Notes under the pieces: model-generated
Database searches by the model: none
Seen by the model: only the letters and a program-made list of their open reading frames with translations
Told to the model about the DNA's origin: nothing
Assembly (NCBI GenBank): GCA_951406725.2
Contig: OX597821.1
Coordinates: 20,770,001-20,834,000 of the forward strand
Reading direction: 5' to 3'
DNA length: 64,000 nucleotides
Source of the DNA: Octopus vulgaris
Taxonomy: Eukaryota
Translations under genes and position numbers: made by a program
In this document: in pieces, positions 14,165-29,247 of the stretch
How positions within the stretch are numbered: position 1 is the stretch's first letter
Layout of the letters: the number at the start of each line of letters is the position of its first letter

Positions 14165-15013
14165 TTACTATTATTTGTTTATGTACTCTATTAAATTCTA
14201 GAATAATGTTTTCTATAGTATAATAAACTTTTTCTATATGGTGGGAATAACGTCTTTCACTATCGAATTGTTTAATAGAGGATTTTCTCTAAATTTCATA
14301 CACACACACACATACATACATACACACACACAGATATATTCATTAAAAATACTATATCCATTACCATACGTACTATTCATAGCCTATTCATTAAGTGAGG
14401 CCCCCTAGACAATTCCTTCCTTAAATATTTTAATTTTTTTATTTTCCTTTGTCTTGTATTTTATTGATAGATTTAACACATCTGAACAACGCTTTTGTTT
14501 TCAAATATTAGCGGACCAATTAAGATGTAGGATTACCTTTGGCTTCGCCCTAATTTTCATAGGTGTATTAGGATGTGATTTTGTTAATAACTAACAAGTA
14601 ATGATATCGCACTAAGGTTTTACCCAAATTATTCTTTCATTGATATAGTTTTGTATTGATTTCCCCAAACAAGTTCACATTAAGTTAATTTTGCCAATTC
14701 TTTTAATGATACTCTATTACATAACAGTTAGCCTCTACCTATTAACCCTTGTGATATGGACCGTCCCATTAAACTCTATCAACAACGTCTTACACTTGCT
14801 ACTTCCCCCAGTAAAACTGAAATAGGTTGTAACTCTCATAATCTCTGGTAATTACTCCTGGAAGTGACTTTCTTTACCATAAGATGTAATCCCATAGCTT
14901 ATGGATATCATCTTAAAATTGACATCTTTACCATTCCTTACTATTTCTATTATGTTTTTATTTTATTTTATTATTTTACCTTACGTCCTCACATATTAGA
15001 TACCTAATATTAT

Positions 15014-15160
15014 GGTCTCTGATGAAGCTTTGGGGCTCAATCATTGTCTAACCTCTGCCTAACGTTTGTTCAACCTTTCAAAATCCATGTATACTACTGG
15101 TACGTTGTGGAAAACTGGGCCGATTGGGTAACACCATAGTAGAAAAACAGCTGTAAGAGT
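15014..15160 (+). ncRNA. Degenerate type I hammerhead with about 115-nt stem II
   Basis: UCU-CUGAUGA-AGCUUUGG..CUCAAUC..GAUUGGG..CCAUAGU-A-GAAAAAC-AGCU-GUA-AGA; two extra A in the GAAA box. Confidence 0.55.
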
Positions 15161-15545
15161 TTAGTATTTTCAATCATTTATTCTTATTCATTTATTTATT
15201 TTTACTTAGCTATTTATTTCATTGTGTATTTGCATTTTGCATTTGTTTATTTTGATTACTTATACAGATGATTGTAATCAATTAATAAATTGATCTAAAT
15301 GAATGTTTACACGCTGATGTCTGTCGATTGAATATCATCTCCATTTTCTTATTTGCCTTATAAATTCTGGATAAATTTCTGTTTTACCTCCACTAATACC
15401 TAGTATTCAATTGCGACACTGCCCTGCAATAGTAAGCACTTGGATATAAGTACGTAGGTATACATCCAGTAGTATATTGGATACTTACTATCCATTACAT
15501 GGTTGCTTAACCCTCTAACTCATACATACATACACACACACACAT

Positions 15546-16007
<462 letters not shown>

Positions 16008-16716
16008 GGATAGATATAGAAATATATGCATATATCTACTTGCAAGTCTGTCTATCTGCTGATATATATATATACACGCACAAACACACTCCCTTCACAC
16101 ACAGATATATATGCATGTATGTTTTTGTGATTAGTTAAGTATATACTCATTTCCATACAGAAAAATAATCTTATTTTGTACTCTGTGACAATTGTTCCGA
16201 TATGAACAAGAAAAACAGCATTTATAAAACTGAATTTATTCCACTGTTTCCGTTCTTCTTTCCTGTATAAATGTTGTCGCTTTTAATGGTAATGTTTTCT
16301 TATGTATTGCTGTTGTTCTTGTTCACGATATAAAACGTTATTGATATTATTTCCGCTCTTGTCGTTACTGATTATAATCAAGCTTTCAGAATTTTGACAC
16401 GCATTTGTGATGCCGTATTTGGTGTCTGCGGTTATAGAATGTGGGGATTATTATTTTGTTTGTTTTCTGATATATTAGTTTTCAAAGAGGTCAATTGAGG
16501 AATTGAACAAAAGATTTTTTTTTAAATGGGTAAAATCATTGTAACAAACACACACGACTGTCATTGCAAATAATGAAATAAGAAAAATATCTCGATGTGT
16601 CAAAATAGGTTTATGTTTTGCTAAAAGAATCTTCACATATTTGAAAAAAGATTATGAAGAAAGAAACACACTAATTATATATATACATGCACACACACAC
16701 ACATACACATATATAC

Positions 16717-16747
<31 letters not shown>

Positions 16748-16758
16748 ATTGTATAATA

Positions 16759-17510
16759 CTAGCTGAGTGTCACTTACGTTGTCGCCGGGTAATTTTCACA
16801 GTAGAGTGCTTTGGCGGTCTTTCGGAGTAGCACATGTCACTCCTGCAAATAATGGGGGAAGCGTTTTATTAATTTTTTAAAATAATTTATGAATCCCCGT
16901 CTCCTAGGACGGATTTTACCCTTTTTTTTCTGCACTACGTACTTAAAACCAATGAGAAACGCCATTGTGGTAATAGTAAAATTTTAAAATAATTAAGTGA
17001 AAACATATGATACTGCAGACCGGTCTGCAGATTTTTTTTTCTGTATATAATTTTAAAATAATTTTCAGGCGAAATAGTATGTGATTTCAGGAGATTTAGC
17101 TTTGTTTCTAGCACATCCCACAACCACCTGATACCTTCCTGACTTCTTTGTCAATCTGACATGCATTGATGTTTTTCCATATTTTCAGCCTGTAAACATA
17201 TTTTATGGAATGATGATTGAGTTTTCCATTGATTTAAGCAAAAACATATTTATAATTTAGGTTTGTAACCATATTTTGGGGTGGAAGTGTGTTACGAAAA
17301 GCATATTTTCAAACACCAAAGTACGCTATGAAAAATAAATTAAAGTTTACATAATCTTTTAAAATGAATGTTTACATAATTTTTAAAAATTAATGTTTAC
17401 ACAACTTTTTAAAATCACCCTGTCAACATAAAATTCCTTACACACATGCATATACACACAATGACAAACATACACAAACACAACATGGGAGATATACTTT
17501 TTATAGTGCG
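16759..17510 (-). mobile_element. Probable non-autonomous Helitron
   Basis: Minus strand ends ..ttacccggcgacaacgtaagtgacactcagCTAG|t and begins with an actataaaaag plus (TG)-rich head; contains about 26-bp tandem repeats at 17342-17415. Confidence 0.45.
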
Positions 17511-18077
17511 TGATGGAGTGCGTGGTACAAATGTATATAGAGTGGGATATGTGTACCCAGAAAAAAGTGAAAGACGAAAAAGATATAGGGATACTTTAAA
17601 ATATGTGAATATTTTCGAATTTGGTATACAGGTGCTCTTTTTTACGTTGCATCTGTGTTTATGATTCATTTATTCTAGATTGATTTTATAAAAGCTTAAG
17701 AGAGTTTTAAAATTTTAATAATTTTTACCCAATCAGTAAATAGGATTCCCGCGAAATAACTGTTATAAAAGGAAAGTAAACATTACAACACAAGATTTTA
17801 AATAAAATCGATGCGATGCCTGTGAGTTAATACATATAGAAAGAAAAAGCGGGATAAAGTGGCAGCAGATAGAGCACGGAAGAATTGTCGATCCTACAAA
17901 CGAATTATTTAGAGTAGTAAATTATATTCTTTTATTATTATTATTAAGATATTCTCGATGGGCCGCAGACTTCGAAAATCAAATTTGATGTTCTTTGAAC
18001 TCACTGTTTCAGAGCTTTCGAGTCCAAACACATATACATAACCACACACACACACACACACACACACACCTTGCTAC

Positions 18078-18618
18078 ATTCCGAATTGAAATTCCGCCAA
18101 GATTTCATCCTTTCGGGGTCGATAAGATAAGTACCAGTTGAACATTGGAGTCAATGTAATCGATTCATCCCCTCTTCCAGAATTGCTACCCCTGCGGCAA
18201 CATTTGAAACCGTTATTATTATAATTATTTGTGTGACATATATTACTTTCTACACTAGGTACAAGGCCCAAAATTAGGGAAGGGAGGGCTAGTCGATTTG
18301 TTCGACCCCAGTAGGCAACTGGTATTTAATTTATCGATTCCGAAAAGTGAAAGACAAAATAAGACATCAGCGGTAAAAAGAGACGAAATACCTAATTCTT
18401 TACTACCCACAAGGGGCTAAACACAGAGAGGACAAACAAGGACAGACAAACGGATTAAGTCGATTATATCGACCCTAGTACGTAACTGGTACTTATTTAA
18501 TCGACCCCGAAAGAATGAAAGGCAAAGTCGACGTCGGCAGAATTTGAATTCAGAACGTAGCAGCAGACGAAATACCGCATTTCGCCCGGCGTGCTAAATT
18601 GTCTGCCGGCTCGCCGGC
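18078..18618. mobile_element. Cluster of three SINE family B (Meta-domain-like) copies: about 18078-18220 (+), 18245-18390 (-), 18395-18618 (-)
   Basis: Each carries ttcatcctttcggggtcgataa..aagtaccagtt or a degenerate reverse complement. Confidence 0.85.
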
Positions 18619-18870
18619 TTGTCTCTGTGTGACTTATATTACAAGCAAAAGTATTATTGGCATTATCAATTACTTCCTCAATTTAAGAATATAATATTCC
18701 ATCTTATGTGATGTACTATGCGACAGCTTCACTCTTTGTCTGTTGAAGACATTATACTCGATTCTTAGAAATACCTAATGGACTGAAAATGCTCTCGCAA
18801 TTTTCTTGAATGTTTGATGCCCGATTACAGCGTTTTAGCATAATATGATTCTATTTGATTTATTATATCA

Positions 18871-19133
18871 GCGATTACCACGAAGTGTGTGTGTCTTCTC
18901 AAGAATAATCTCAGCAAAACGCCAAAATGTAAAAATGAGCAAGAAAATGAAATTATACGAAATAAAAAATGTTTTTTATTTCGTACATTTTCATTTGTCT
19001 TGCTCATTTTTTTCATTTTGGCGTTTTGCTGAGATTTTTCTTGGGAACACACACTCTTCGTTGTAATAGCGATTTGACGTTTATGTTTAGCATATTAGAT
19101 ATCCACTTTAGTCGTCATTCCGCTTAATTTTGT
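18871..19133 (+). mobile_element. Palindromic PLE-like terminus: about 100-bp inverted arms plus about 60-nt tail
   Basis: 18871-18968 is the imperfect reverse complement of 18973-19070; right arm and tail match 9719-9886 (-). Confidence 0.75.
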
Positions 19134-19145
19134 ATATATGTGTAC

Positions 19146-19226
<81 letters not shown>

Positions 19227-19343
19227 TACACATATACATACATACATACATACATACATACATACATACATACATACATACATACATACATACATACATC
19301 GGAGAAGAGAGTTAAAAATTTCAAAGCAAACGGTGAATACATA

Positions 19344-20593
19344 CGAGGGGCGTTCAATAAGTAATGCCTCTGACCCACTTGCAGTTTGATCTAGCTGAAA
19401 GTTTGCATGTGCAATTATTTATATCTCTATAGAGTATGTGACAAATTACAGCTCTGAACTAACTGTGGTTTCTGATTTACAGGTGTTTGAACTGAGTCAA
19501 GTGTGAAATGGAGTCTGTTGAGTGTCGAGCAGTGATCCGGTTTTTGTATTTGAAAGGACGCACACCACGGGAGACTTTTGATGAAATGAAAGTAACTTAT
19601 GGTGATGATGCCCCATCATATGACCTTGTAAAACGCTGGCATCGTGAATTCAAACATGGTCGGAACTCTGTGGAAACAGCTCCCAGATCTGGTCGCCCCC
19701 TTCTGCCATTGATGAGCCATCTGTCCGTCAAGTTGAGGCTGCCATTTTGGAAGATCGACGCATAACTATTCGCCAAATAGCCCATGAGGTCAAGATTAGT
19801 ACCGGGTCTGTGGAAACTATCATTCATGACCATTTGCATATGCAAAAGGTGTCTGCTAGATGGATTCCCAGGTTGCTCACACCTTTCCAGAAGCAAGAAC
19901 GCGTCGAGTGCTCGAGGATGAATTTGGAGATGTGCAAAGAAGTTGAGTCAAAAGTTTTCAAAAGACTGATTACACAGGATAAAACCTGCGTCCATCACTA
20001 TGATCCAGAGGCCAAAGCCCAGTCAATGCAGTGGAAGCACCGTGACTCACCTCCTCCAAAGAAGGCAAGGGTGCAGCCCTCCGCTGGCAAGGTCATGCTC
20101 ACAGTCTTCTGGGACCAGGACGGAGTAGTGATGACAGATTTCCTGGCAAAGGGTACCACAATTACAGGAGCCTATTATGCTTCACTTTTGAGGAAATTAA
20201 GAGAAGCTATCAAAATCAAGAAGCGGGGCAAGATCAGCAAAGGCATCCTCCTCCTGCAGGACAACGCTCCGGTCCACAACTCGCGTGTCGCCAGATCAGA
20301 AGCACAGGCGTGCGGCTATGAACTCCTGACCTTGCACCCTCTGATTTTCACCTCTTCCCAGCCATGAAGTTGTTTTTGAAAGGAAAGCGTTTCCCAGATG
20401 ATGCAGCCTTGATTTCTGAAGTCACGTCGTGGTTGGAGGACCAAGCTGGGTTCTTCTACAAAAACGGTCTTCAGAGCTGCATCAAACGATGGGAGAAATG
20501 CGTAACTCTGGGTGGTTCCTATGTAGAAAAAGACTAATAACTGTGCCAAGTTTCGTTGCTCTACTGCTATGGGAACTTATTGAACGCCCCTCA
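19344..20593 (+). mobile_element. Full-length mariner transposon (irritans-like), transposase 19508-20537 inactivated
   Basis: TIRs CGAGGGGCGTTCAATAAGT / ACTTATTGAACGCCCCTCA with TA on both sides; motifs PRSGRP, WIPRLL, ITQDKT, QDNAPVH; frameshift near 19700 and a deletion in the YSPDLAP motif. Confidence 0.95.
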
Positions 20594-22369
20594 TACATAG
20601 TATATCAATTTATTATCGTAGTCCAATCATGCCTACGCTGCGTTTCGGTTGATTGCTGTCATTCATATTTTAAAGTGTAAGATGAAAAAAAGCAAAAATC
20701 TTCTTCAAGGTACAATTGACTGATATATTTCACATCATAACTTATTGTCAGTTTCTTCCGATTGTATTGTAGCATGAGCGTCTTGAATTCTTTTCTAAAA
20801 ACACTTAATAGTCGATTTTCTAAAACTTACTGAACAAAGAATAGGCATAGTTCAGAAGGACTAGAACATTCCACTCATGTGATAGTACTGATTAACTGTT
20901 TGCAAGCCTGCCACTACTTTTCCTTGAATTCAGTATGTCCACAACATATTGCACTACGCCCTAATGCCACTCATTTGACCAAAAGTACTGACTATTTAGG
21001 ATTACAAGCTTGTACCTACTATTTATCTAATTCAGCATGACCATAACATAATTGTATGCCCTTATTATGGATAAGATTACTCTAGCTATGTACCTAAACT
21101 TTACTTTTGTTTATTTAGTTAGGTTAACACTATTATTTACTTAGATTTTGTAAAATTTATATGAATTACTAGTAAATACCATCATTCATTCAAATACATT
21201 ATTTGATAGGTTAGTTTCATGCATATATATTTAGGCTACTTAATTTACAGCATAGATGTACGGTACATAGTTGTTATTTACACAGTGTTTGTTTTAACCA
21301 TATGTATTCAAATTTATTGAATGTTGATCAATTTGCATTTTGGCGTAACAATCTGGTAAATGTCTTCGATGCAAAGTCCACATCATTTGTTGTCAATCGA
21401 ATAGACCAATTTAGTTTACTTGTATTGGTGCTAGCCTCTTTTGTCTACCCCTAAAGTTGTTTTAATGATTAGTAATCTTTCTTTTTATATAATTTTCCGT
21501 AGAACCTATACATAGTAATCCTAGTTTGGTTTCTTCTAGTATTTTTTATTTGTAAATTTCCCCTATTCCTAGATTGAGAACAGTTTACGTCCAAGTGTGA
21601 AGTTAGTTTTGTGCGTTTTCGTTCTTTGAAATATTTATAGTTTGATATAGTAGGATGTTTATTCATTTCTGAAGATGCAATTACTCTACATTTTTTCAGG
21701 ACGGGTTTATCTGAATTGTGGTCTCTTTTAAACTGAGTTTCGTAACTACGGAAACAATCATCAGTTTTCCTACCGTTGAAGGGAATTTATTTCTTCCGAC
21801 TCAGAACTGTCTTCCCATAGTTTTTTAACACTTTCCAAATGTTGTTCATCAGCATTTTTAGTGAATTGCGTGTGCATTTCTTCATCGATGGTTTTATATT
21901 TTTGTTCGTTATTTGATGAAATTTAAGTAACTCAATTTCTATTTTCATTTTCTCTAGCTCTAATTACTCCCTAATTTGTCTTTGCTTTTCAGGCTCTTTT
22001 GGGATTGATTTCATTTGTAGTTTGCGTGGCAGAATTAATGGTTTTGAGTTCATCCTGTTTTCATATATTAATGTTATTTTTTTATCATGTTCCCAAATGA
22101 AAATTTTCTAGGGTTGAAGCTTTTGGAACAAATATGGCTAATGCAGTCTTTAATTTAGTGTGCTTACATTGGTATATTTTCGTTATAGCTTTGGTATTTT
22201 GTATTTTGGTGATGATTCTTTTTGAAAACAGTTTGTAAAAATTGAGTGTAGTTTTGTGTATAGTTCGTTCAAATTTTGACTAAACTTCTCTGTAGATTGT
22301 CTTCTCCATTCTAATTGTGATAACTGTAAGTACACTATTGAGCGGGAATTTTGGGTGATTGGAGAAGGT

Positions 22370-22425
<56 letters not shown>

Positions 22426-22439
22426 TGCAACGATTGATT

Positions 22440-22985
22440 AGGTTTATGATAGGTTCAATATAAACTTGTTTGCAGATTAAGATTAAGATCTAAAAATATT
22501 ACCACTTTAGTATCAGCTTCAAAAGAGATTAAGATTAATAATTTTACAGAATTTATGCAATGCTTCTTTTTGCTCGTTCAACCGAGCATAGAGTGCAAAT
22601 AGTTCATCATCTCTATATAATCGACACAGTATGTTGGGGAATTGGTCTTTAATCTGCGAAAGAAGAAACAGACCTACAAGATTTGTAACCTGGGCCGAAT
22701 CGGACGATCCCATTTTACGTCAGAATAAACTGTAGATGCGCTTCGTGTCCAGTTGTTATTCCCCAAATGTATCAAAGTTTTTTTCCCGCAGCTAATATTA
22801 TATTTATATAAGATGGGGAAATATTGGCATAATTTCTGGCAAAGATCAAAGCTTTATTCAAGAGGATAGCTGATATAGAAGGATAATACTTAGCTATATC
22901 AATTTGAAAGAAGTAGGTGCGTTTTTTTTATGTTGGAAGAGGTGAAACCATGTGATCGTATTTCCGGTACTGTTCTGTAATGGGC
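22440..22985 (-). mobile_element. Penelope-like element reverse transcriptase pseudogene fragment
   Basis: FFQIDIASYYPSISAILLNKALIFA ... MGSSDSAQVTNLVGLFLL ... LYRDD, the PLE versions of RT motifs A, B and C. Confidence 0.85.
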
Positions 22986-23007
22986 GTTCAACACACACAC
23001 GCGCGTA

Positions 23008-23085
<78 letters not shown>

Positions 23086-23454
23086 GATAGATAGATATAT
23101 AGCTTTATTGAACTTTGGGTAGAATACTTCAGCTTTTTAAAGTTCTAGATTATCAAGTTAGCGACATAAACGATTGGCGACTTAAGAACATTTATCAATT
23201 ATTACCGTTAAAAACTAAGTATTAATCACGTTACAGATAGCATAAATTCCAGAGTAATTGCACAAAAATATATTTAATTATCTACTGTTGTGAGTCTAAC
23301 AATACAGCAGAGGACAAAGACTATACTATGTGGTAATTTGAAATCCTAGACGTAACAGCTGCATTTCATTTCTGTGAGACTTGATCTACTTAAAACAGAA
23401 AGTTGAAGATAATGAAGAGGTTATCGCATTTTTATATTTCATCTTTTACCCTTT

Positions 23455-23600
23455 ACTTGAATCAGTCATTGACCTACAGCCATGCTGGGGCAAAACCTTG
23501 AAGTTTTTTTATTTGAAAGCATCGACCCGCGTATGTTTGTTTTTCTTTTTCCAATTTCATATTTATTCTAGCGGTCTGCTTTGCCGAACCGTCATGTTTG
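23455..23600 (-). mobile_element. SINE family A 3' fragment
   Basis: cagccatgctggggca, atcgacccg, tttgccgaaccg. Confidence 0.7.
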
Positions 23601-23903
23601 AAGGACATTAAGAAAACAGCACTACTGATAAAAGTGGTCATGGGTACCCTCAAAGACGAATACTCACACAAACACATAGAGATAGACACATACACCAACA
23701 TGTGTAAGCACACACACACACACATACACGCACATAAAGCAATTCATATCCACAATAATCACTATCTTATTAACTCTTATGTTCACCATCTTTATTTTTT
23801 GACACTTATTTCTGGCAATACTGGTACTGAATAACACCCTCAGTCGCTTTAGTGACGTATATATTTTTGCCTTTGGTTTGAAAAATTGCTAACAAGCCAC
23901 CTT

Positions 23904-23995
<92 letters not shown>

Positions 23996-24009
23996 CATAC
24001 ATATATATA

Positions 24010-24959
<950 letters not shown>

Positions 24960-27174
24960 GACGGTCTTCTTTCTGGATCTTTGTACCAAATCTACTTACA
25001 AGCTTTAGGACGCTCTTCAAAAATGCCATTCCAAAGGTGTCACTCAGCAGCAATGACTGGAAACCGTATGCTAGAGAAGCAAACGTCTTAACACACAAAC
25101 TTGCTTGTACCAATGATACAGTAGAACTGAAAATAAAATGTTTGTGATAGCCCATCTTTATAACCCTTTTGGAGTTGGATCGAGATTATGCGTTGTCTAA
25201 ATAAATAAAACCACGGCAATAACAACATCAAAAACATCTGCCTCTTATGGACATGTGTAGGATGCTACCAGTAAACGCAGTTTTATAATATACGGCTATA
25301 TTTTATATACATGAATGAGTGAATTATTTCTTTTACATAGGAAATAATATTCACAAATTCCTGGATTTCTTTTGGATAATTTCCATATCATTCTAACCAT
25401 ATATTAATGTGATAAAGCTCCAGTCTTATAGCTTGCATATGATTCCTACAAAGAATAGTTTTTATCTTTCAAGCAAAAACAACTTATCTTGGAATGTGTG
25501 TGTATGCATACTTGTATAAACATATGCATACACATACAGACACACATATATACATACATACATACATACATACAAATACACATGTACATACATATATGTA
25601 CACACATATGTATATTTATATATAAATATGTATATATACACATACAAATACACGCGTCCATATACAGATACACACATATACAAATACACACAAATATAGA
25701 TAAGTATGTATATGCATACTTTCAAACAAATTTGACATTCAAATAACTAGATATAGTTACAGAACACTGGGGACATATATACACATAATTGTCTTCTGTT
25801 TTGTAAAAACTTCACATTGTTTCCAATGTGCATAGTTACATGTCGCCAATATTTCTGTAGATAGAGAATATTAAACAGAAAAAAAGAGCAATAAATATGA
25901 TTATCCCAGAAAATTAAACTAAGGAACTGAATTTATACATTACAATTCGCCTAAAATATACAATACAGCATTCTGAAAATTTTCCCTACATTCACTATGT
26001 TTCACTACAAATAGTATATATTAAATGTCAAAATTTTCTACATAAATACGCATTGACATTTATGGAAAACTAGGGCACTGGACTTGCATTTAACCTGTAT
26101 ACAGTGTTCATTACATGTCGACTGTATATAAATCTAATTTCGTATACACATAATATAAGCCGGTGCCTACATAGACTACAATATGCATTCTCTACAACAT
26201 GCAGAGAATATGCAAGATACTTTCAATGCGTATTTTATATATGGTATACAATAAATTATTATAGATATTTCTGTTTCTATAGATCAGCGGATATGTGATG
26301 CAATTTGTGTTCAGTGGAAGCTATGGAAATTCTCATTTGTAAACCCAAATTTATTGGCATAACTAGTTATTAATCTGTTATTTACACTTCTCAGCTATTT
26401 AACTAGACATTCGTAATATATTCGCATTAAAATCATGCATAATTAACTTACCTGAGAAAGAATAGTACCTACACTCTCTTTATGGATACTTCCTCCTCCT
26501 TGTTAAAATATATCCTATGTAATTTACTTAGTATTTTTTCATAATTAACGTCTAAAACTTAATTTCATCCATAAATATTACACCTATTTTAATTCCATTG
26601 AAATTAAATTATAATTCATTCAATTCATTTTAACCGTATTAAAATTAATAATTCTTTAATGAACTATAGAGATGGATAATTGAGTTATATGATATGATAT
26701 ACACTTATCCTGTTGGATATTCACACACCCCTCTCTCTCTCTAGTCCATTTAAAATAATAACCTTCCACTTATTAGTTCAACAAACTATACATTCTGTCG
26801 CAGGAATATTTATGTGCTCTGTTTTGCAATGACAAGCAAGCTTTTGCATTGAATGACAACTTCCCCTCACCGAACTGTGAATTTGGCAAGTATCTAATAA
26901 ATTAAGGAAGATAATTTGATGTCAGTTACATATTACTAAACTTCCACATGTATGTTTGTTGGAAAATTTTAAAATCTACGATAACATCTTAATAATTGTA
27001 AGGTCTGACGAGAATAGTTGAGGGCTAACGTTTTCATTAATTCCTTGACTGAACAACTGGGAACAGTTCAAGTACTTGAAGCGGTCGTAATAAGTTATAG
27101 AATAATATAACCCTCATTTTAAATCTCACTGTTTTATGTATATACACATACATACATACATACACACATATATA

Positions 27175-28471
27175 TTCGGTTGTCCGGAAAGTTCGTGCCG
27201 ATTTTTAAAGGAAAGAAACACGCCAATAAATACTTGCCATTAAATTTTTAATCAACCAAATATGAACCATTTTGTTGCACAATGCGTTGCGTCTCCATCT
27301 TTTTAACTTCAAAATACCCTCTTCCCAGAATTGCAGGGGTTTCATGGCAAAGAATTCATCAAGGTATCTTTTTCCGTCATCCAAGGGATTGTAATTTTTA
27401 CCTTTAAAACTATTCGGCAGAGACCTGAATAAGTGGAAATCCGAAGGAGCAATATCTGATAAATATGGAGGGTGGGCTAACATATCCCAGACAAGCTGTA
27501 GCTACTTTTGTCTGCTTCCCAAATAAACGTGCGGTTTTGCATTATCATGTGGGAAATCAACACCCTTCCTGTTGGCCAATTCTGGACGTTTCTCTTGATT
27601 TGCTGCTTTTACCTCGTCCTGTTGTGTGCAATAATTCTCAGAATTAATTGTCTGGTTACTTGGGAGAAGCTCATAGTACAGAATTCCTTTCCAATCCCAC
27701 CAGACACAAAGCAAGACATTTTTAGGGTGAAGATCCGCTTTTGGGGTGGATAAGGGTGGCTCACGTCGCTTACTCCAGGATCGCTTTCTCTGAACATTTC
27801 GGTAGATAATCCATTGCTCATAACCTGTTACAATTTGCTTTAAAACACGCGTTTTTATTCAGTTTATAAAGCAACTCACAGATGGAAATGCGATTCAAAA
27901 GGTTCTTCTCACTCAACTCATGTGGTACCCAAACGTCGTCGTGATTTGTGTACCCAAGCTTTACCAGGTGCTCCTGAACGACGGATTTCGATAGGTTGAG
28001 GCTTTCTGCCAATTCTCGGGTTGTGCAATGTGGGTTATTCTCAATTAATGACTTGATTTGGTCATCGTCTGTAGTGGATGGTTTGGTCATCCTCTATAGT
28101 GGATGGGTTGCCTGCTCGCTCTTTATCAATCTCCAGCTCAGAACCTTGCGAACTACTTCAGTACAGTTCTTACGGATAAATAAACATCACCGTAAACTGC
28201 GCATATTTCTTTGGTTGCTTGTGAGGCAATTTTCCCTTTACGGAAAAAGAAAAGCATCATGTGCCGAAAATGAACTTTCTTATCTTCCATTCTAAAGGGT
28301 TACAGAATTAACACAGGTTAAGGGATATAAAGCTTCTTCCAAGAAAATATAGCTTAAACTGTGCTCTAAATGGAAGTGTAGTCGAATCCTATTTTATGGA
28401 CTCAACCATGTTCTAAAATAAGTCTAAAGGTAAGCTACTATAAATCGGTACGAACCTTCCGGACAAGCCAA
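27175..28471 (-). mobile_element. Full-length mariner transposon (mellifera-like), transposase pseudogene starting at 28290
   Basis: 30-bp TIRs TTCGGTTGTCCGGAAAGTTCGTGCCGATTT / AAATCGGTACGAACCTTCCGGACAAGCCAA flanked by TA; MEDKKVHFRH, WVPHEL, MLCVWWDWKG, HDNAKPH, HPPYLSDIAPSDFHLF spread over several frames. Confidence 0.95.
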
Positions 28472-28961
28472 TATATATGTGTGTGTGCGTGTATTGCAGG
28501 TTATGCAACCAGCATATAAAGTTATTTTTAAGATTTTCTATAGACAGTAGCAAAAGTTAAATTTTTCAACTGTTCATACGGTTGGTGTTCCGCTTACAGA
28601 TCGTCAGTGAATTTTCTGCATTGTTAACCTGAGTTTGGATTGTATTCTACCGAACAGTCATTAATGTGATGCAGAAATTCTTTGAAATACTCTGCTCTTC
28701 AATCATTATATTTAATCAAGATATCAATACATATATCTGATGGAAATTCCTGTCGAAAACTACGTATGAACAAGAATGACGTATGACCTACGTAAATGAT
28801 TTCTATACAGTGATCAAATCTATGTGCCCTACATTCGCTTACTCCATCAACCAAACAGTGCCTGCACAGGTTCACTGTGTACCACGTGTCCGATGAAAAC
28901 GTAATGTATGTTTGTATGCATGTGTGCATATATATATATACATATATATATGCATGTGTGC

Positions 28962-29012
<51 letters not shown>

Positions 29013-29016
29013 AAAA

Positions 29017-29247
29017 GGCGGCGAGCTGGCAGAAACGTTAGCACGCCGGGCGAAATGCGTAGCCGTATTTCGTCTGCCGCTACGTTCTGAGTTAAAATTC
29101 CGCCGAGGTCGACTTTGTCTTTCATCCTTTCGGGGTCGATAAATTAAGTACCAGTTACGCACTGGGATCGATGTAATCGACTTAATCCGTTTGTCTGTCC
29201 TTGTTTGTCCCCTCTGTGTTTAGCCCCTTGTGGGTACTAAAGAAATA
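29017..29247 (+). mobile_element. Full-length SINE family B (Meta-domain-like)
   Basis: GGCGGCGAGCTGGCAGAA head, GAGTTAAAATTCC B-box-like, ttcatcctttcggggtcgataaattaagtaccag core; probable TSD (TA)nGGAAAAG on both sides. Confidence 0.92.

Noticed and set aside
21730-21770. CUGAUGA..GAAAC-UCA-GUU on the minus strand
   Set aside because: No stem I and a poor stem II; likely chance.
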